A stretch of DNA of 64,000 nt from positions 1,471,499 through 1,535,498 of the forward strand of contig BFEA01000030.1 of NCBI GenBank assembly GCA_003427395.1, in the 5' to 3' direction. Positions 60,067 to 64,000 of this stretch are shown here, in pieces; positions within the stretch are counted from its first letter, which is position 1, and the number at the start of each line of letters is the position of its first letter. The stretch is from Chara braunii. Its lineage: Eukaryota > Plantae > Charophyceae. A model generated the notes under the pieces. The model saw nothing but the letters and a program-made list of their open reading frames with translations. It was not told where the DNA came from and did no database searches. A program made the position numbers and the translations under genes.

Positions 60067-61809
60067 ACCAATTGACAAGGCATGCGTGAAAGATCATCCA
60101 AACACTTCAATGAGCACAAATCAAAATTGCGATTTACTACCAAGTTAAGAAATTGAGAGAAAGTGAAGGGGGGGTGAGTGAAACTCACTCTCATGCATGA
60201 AATCACAAAATGGAAAATGAGGATTCACATGGGAGTGAAGACGTGGATAAAACAAGAGTGAAAGATTATTAAAAGCAATAGAATGAGCATAAACCAAAGT
60301 TGTGATTTACAACCAAGTGAATAAATGGAGAGAAAGTGAAGGGAGAATGAATGAAACTCACTCTCATGCATGAAATAACAAAATGGAAAGTGACGATTTA
60401 CATGGGAGTGAAGGAACGGGCAAAACATGAGTGAAAGATCATCCAAAACACTAGAATGAGCACAAACAAAAGTTGCGATTTACTACCAAGTGAAGAAATG
60501 GAGAGAAAGTGAAGGGATCACGCATGAAATCACAAAATGGGAAGTGACGATCCAGATGAGAGTGAAGAAATTGACAAAACAAGAGTGAAACATCATCCAA
60601 AACATTAGAATGAGAATAAACCAAAGTTGCGATTTACTACCAAGTGAAAAAATGGAGAGAAAATGAAGGGAAAGTGAGTGAAACTCACTCTCATGCATGA
60701 AATTAAAAAAAAATGGAAAGTGACAATTCACATGAGAGTGAAAGAATTGACAAAACATGAGTGAAAGATCATAAAAAATACTAGAATCAGCACAAACCAA
60801 AGTTGCGATTTACTACGAAGTGAAAAAATGGAGAGAAAGTGAAGGGAAAGTGAGTGAAATTCACTCTCATGCATGAAATCACAAAATGGAAAGTGAAGAT
60901 TTACATGGGAGTGAAGGAATGGACAAAACATGAGTGAAACATCATCCAAAACACTAGAATGAGCACAAACCAAAGTTGCGATTTACTACTAAGTGAAGAA
61001 ATGGAGAGAAAGTGAAGGGAGAGTGGGTGCAACTCACTCTTATGCATGAAATCACAAAATGGAAAGTGGCGAGTAAAACATCATCCAAAAACACTATAAT
61101 GAGCACAAACCAAATTTGCGATTTACTACTAAGTGACGAAATGGAGAGAAAGTGAAGGGAGAGTGGGTGCAACTCACTCTCATGCATGAAATCACAAAAT
61201 GGAGAGTGACGATTCACATGAGAGTAAAGGAATAGACAAAAAATGATTAAAACATCATCCAGAACACTAGAATGAGCATAAACCAAAGTTGCGATTTACC
61301 ACCAAGTGAAGAAATGGAGAGTGAATGCAACTCACTCTCAATCATGAAATCACAAAATGGAAAGTGACGATTCACATGAGAGTGAAGGAATGAACAAAAC
61401 ATAAGTGAAATATCATCCAAAATACTAGATTGAGCATAAACCAAAGTTGCGATTTATTATCAACTGAAGAAATGGAGAAAAAGTGAAGGGAGGGAGAGTG
61501 AGTTTCACTCACTCTCATACATGAAATCACAAAATGGAAAGTGTCGATTTCCATGGGAGTGAAGGAATGGACGAAACATGAGTGAAAGATCATCGAAAAC
61601 ACTAGAATGAGCACAAACCAAAGTTGCAACTTACTACCAAGTGAAGAAATGGAGAAAAAGTGAATGGAGAGTTGGTGAAACTCACTCTCATGCATGAAAT
61701 CATAAAATGGAAACTGACGATTTACATGGGAGTGAAGGAACGGGCAAAACATGAGTGAAAGATCATCCAAAACACTAGAATGAGCACAAACAAAAGTTGC
61801 GATTTACTA
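60067..61809. repeat. ~173-bp satellite, at least 10 copies, running into a gap
   Basis: GATTTAC anchor at about 60131, 60304, 60477, 60631, 60807, 60980, 61120, 61293, 61451 and 61801. Confidence 0.95.
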
Positions 61810-63829
61810 NNNNNNNNNNNNNNNNNNNNNNNNNNNNNNNNNNNNNNNNNNNNNNNNNNNNNNNNNNNNNNNNNNNNNNNNNNNNNNNNNNNNNNNNNNN
61901 NNNNNNNNNNNNNNNNNNNNNNNNNNNNNNNNNNNNNNNNNNNNNNNNNNNNNNNNNNNNNNNNNNNNNNNNNNNNNNNNNNNNNNNNNNNNNNNNNNNN
62001 NNNNNNNNNNNNNNNNNNNNNNNNNNNNNNNNNNNNNNNNNNNNNNNNNNNNNNNNNNNNNNNNNNNNNNNNNNNNNNNNNNNNNNNNNNNNNNNNNNNN
62101 NNNNNNNNNNNNNNNNNNNNNNNNNNNNNNNNNNNNNNNNNNNNNNNNNNNNNNNNNNNNNNNNNNNNNNNNNNNNNNNNNNNNNNNNNNNNNNNNNNNN
62201 NNNNNNNNNNNNNNNNNNNNNNNNNNNNNNNNNNNNNNNNNNNNNNNNNNNNNNNNNNNNNNNNNNNNNNNNNNNNNNNNNNNNNNNNNNNNNNNNNNNN
62301 NNNNNNNNNNNNNNNNNNNNNNNNNNNNNNNNNNNNNNNNNNNNNNNNNNNNNNNNNNNNNNNNNNNNNNNNNNNNNNNNNNNNNNNNNNNNNNNNNNNN
62401 NNNNNNNNNNNNNNNNNNTTTCCACTCACCTCCTCTGGTATCTTGAAGTTGAAGTACCAATCTTGATGATGCTTATCCTTTACTTGGCTATGATTCTCTT
62501 TTTCCTCAAACCCTTCTCATCCCTCCTTCTCAGTCTCTTCCAGATGATGACAAACTCCTATCACTATTGTTATAAAGTTTTCCCCTCTTAATGAGACTCT
62601 CTCTAGCCTTTCCTTCTTCCTCACAGGTTGGGGCTATGGCGGATCACCTTCCTAGGCCAGCCTCACTACCACCAGCCTCTAAAGCTCCTCCTTTTATCCC
62701 CTAGTCTCTTCTAAGTGCCCCAACTGGCAGGGGTTCCCCTCTTTTCACTTCAAGTAAGAGTGGTATTTTTTTGGGTTCATGCCAACAGCATGTGCTTGCC
62801 TCATGCAAATGGGAGTGTTGCGGACTGTTTCCTCATCTTATGAAGGTTGAAACCAACAGACCAACCAGCCCATAGGCCTCCCCATGTGCCTCCAAGTGAA
62901 CTGAGGTACGCCCAAGGCCAATTTTCACCACTAGGCCTCTCCGGGGGCACCTGAACCTCATTTTGGCCAAGTACATGCAGTCCGAGTGGTTGGTACTAAC
63001 TCGGACTGCCTCTTGGGCCTCCTCATGCCTCACCCCCTTCTCCAGAAATTACCCCTTTGAACAAAAATGTCCAAGGGCAGCCTCACTTGGGAGAAAAATG
63101 CCTAGAGAGTTTTTTTTTCGTTTTTCTTAATTTCTACCCCATTTTTTGTAAGCCGAGGTATTTTCTCATGCCTCGGTGCTTTTTCAGCCTCGGATATGGC
63201 TGAGATCCAAGACCAGCAATATTTTGAGCTTCGCCTTGGTGATCCTTGCTTCAAATTTGAGCCCCTAAGCTCACTTTTTCAGTTTTTGGTGCATCTGACC
63301 CTCCGTTTGGGCCAAATGGACAATTTTGTCTTTTTCTTTTTTTTGTTTCTTTCCGTTTTGGGCTGCCAACTCATTCCGGAGTTGGTCGTTTGAGTTGACC
63401 TGATAAAAACGACCATATTCCCTCCTCCATGGATCTGAATCTCAGATCCATGACCCAAAAGAAAACCGGTCATTTTTCTTTTGCATTTTCTCTCAATTTT
63501 TTCTTTTTAATTCAGATTTCGCAGAGATATTGCCCCAAGGGCCACATCTTTGCAATCCGGATTTCCCTCTACTAAATCTGGAGGGATGAGGTCATAGTAG
63601 GGAGCTGCCAGTCTCTACTGTGTAAGTCCCAATAGGCTGACAAATTCCCCTTCACTCTTTTCTCCCCCTTTGTCTCATTCCTCCTTCAGTTCCTCTCATT
63701 TTTCTTTTCTTTTCTTTTATTTCTGATGTGACAATGTCAAGTGGCTGTTGAGTCTTTTTCTAGGTCATGGATCTTTATCTATGACCATATTCAGACTCAG
63801 CAGTTGACCGTTATATCTCGGATTACAAT

Positions 63830-63862
63830 AATGACGCCCCCATGCTCAGGGGGGGCGTCATT
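63830..63862. other. Perfect 12-bp stem hairpin
   Basis: AATGACGCCCCC-ATGCTCAGG-GGGGGCGTCATT. Confidence 0.7.
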
Positions 63863-64000
63863 TTATCTCCATTAGTCTCAATTTTGAATCCTCATTTGCT
63901 TTGATTTTCTTTTAACAACCTTTTTTTTGTGTTGAGTTCCTTGGGGCTCTATTTTCTCATGCCTAGCTAGTTTGAGCTATCCCGGACTGCTGGGCAGCCC

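Noticed and set aside
58673-61809. Hydrophobic ORFs or a CRISPR reading of the satellite arrays
   Set aside because: Whole units are repeated with no unique spacers; the ORFs are artefacts of purine-skewed tandem repeats.

Overview
This is a repeat-dominated eukaryotic scaffold with several N gaps. I found no intact host gene, rRNA, tRNA or CRISPR array. The element repertoire and heavy CpG decay resemble a large, methylated streptophyte-alga genome such as Chara; this is my impression and is not tested. Main contents from left to right: a decayed Helitron (PIF1 helicase, an extra ORF and a 3' hairpin); a Ty3/Gypsy chromovirus fragment split by a 2.7-kb solo LTR; two divergent minus-strand L1-like LINEs; a probable Penelope-like remnant with a type I hammerhead ribozyme; a truncated second Gypsy family with very long LTRs; a full-length decayed chromovirus (47558-58107); several MITE/hAT insertions; and tandem arrays of 53, 91, ~122 and ~173 bp. 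Best leads: (1) a Cys/His-rich ORF inside the long LTR that shows a strong synonymous-substitution signature between two diverged LTR copies; (2) an extra Nudix-fold-like domain ahead of the APE endonuclease in both LINE families; (3) an AT-hook inserted in the integrase chromodomain; (4) a CpG-decayed hammerhead ribozyme; (5) an unclassified MITE family with AAC...GTT termini and a 4-bp TSD. All alignments and counts were done by eye.
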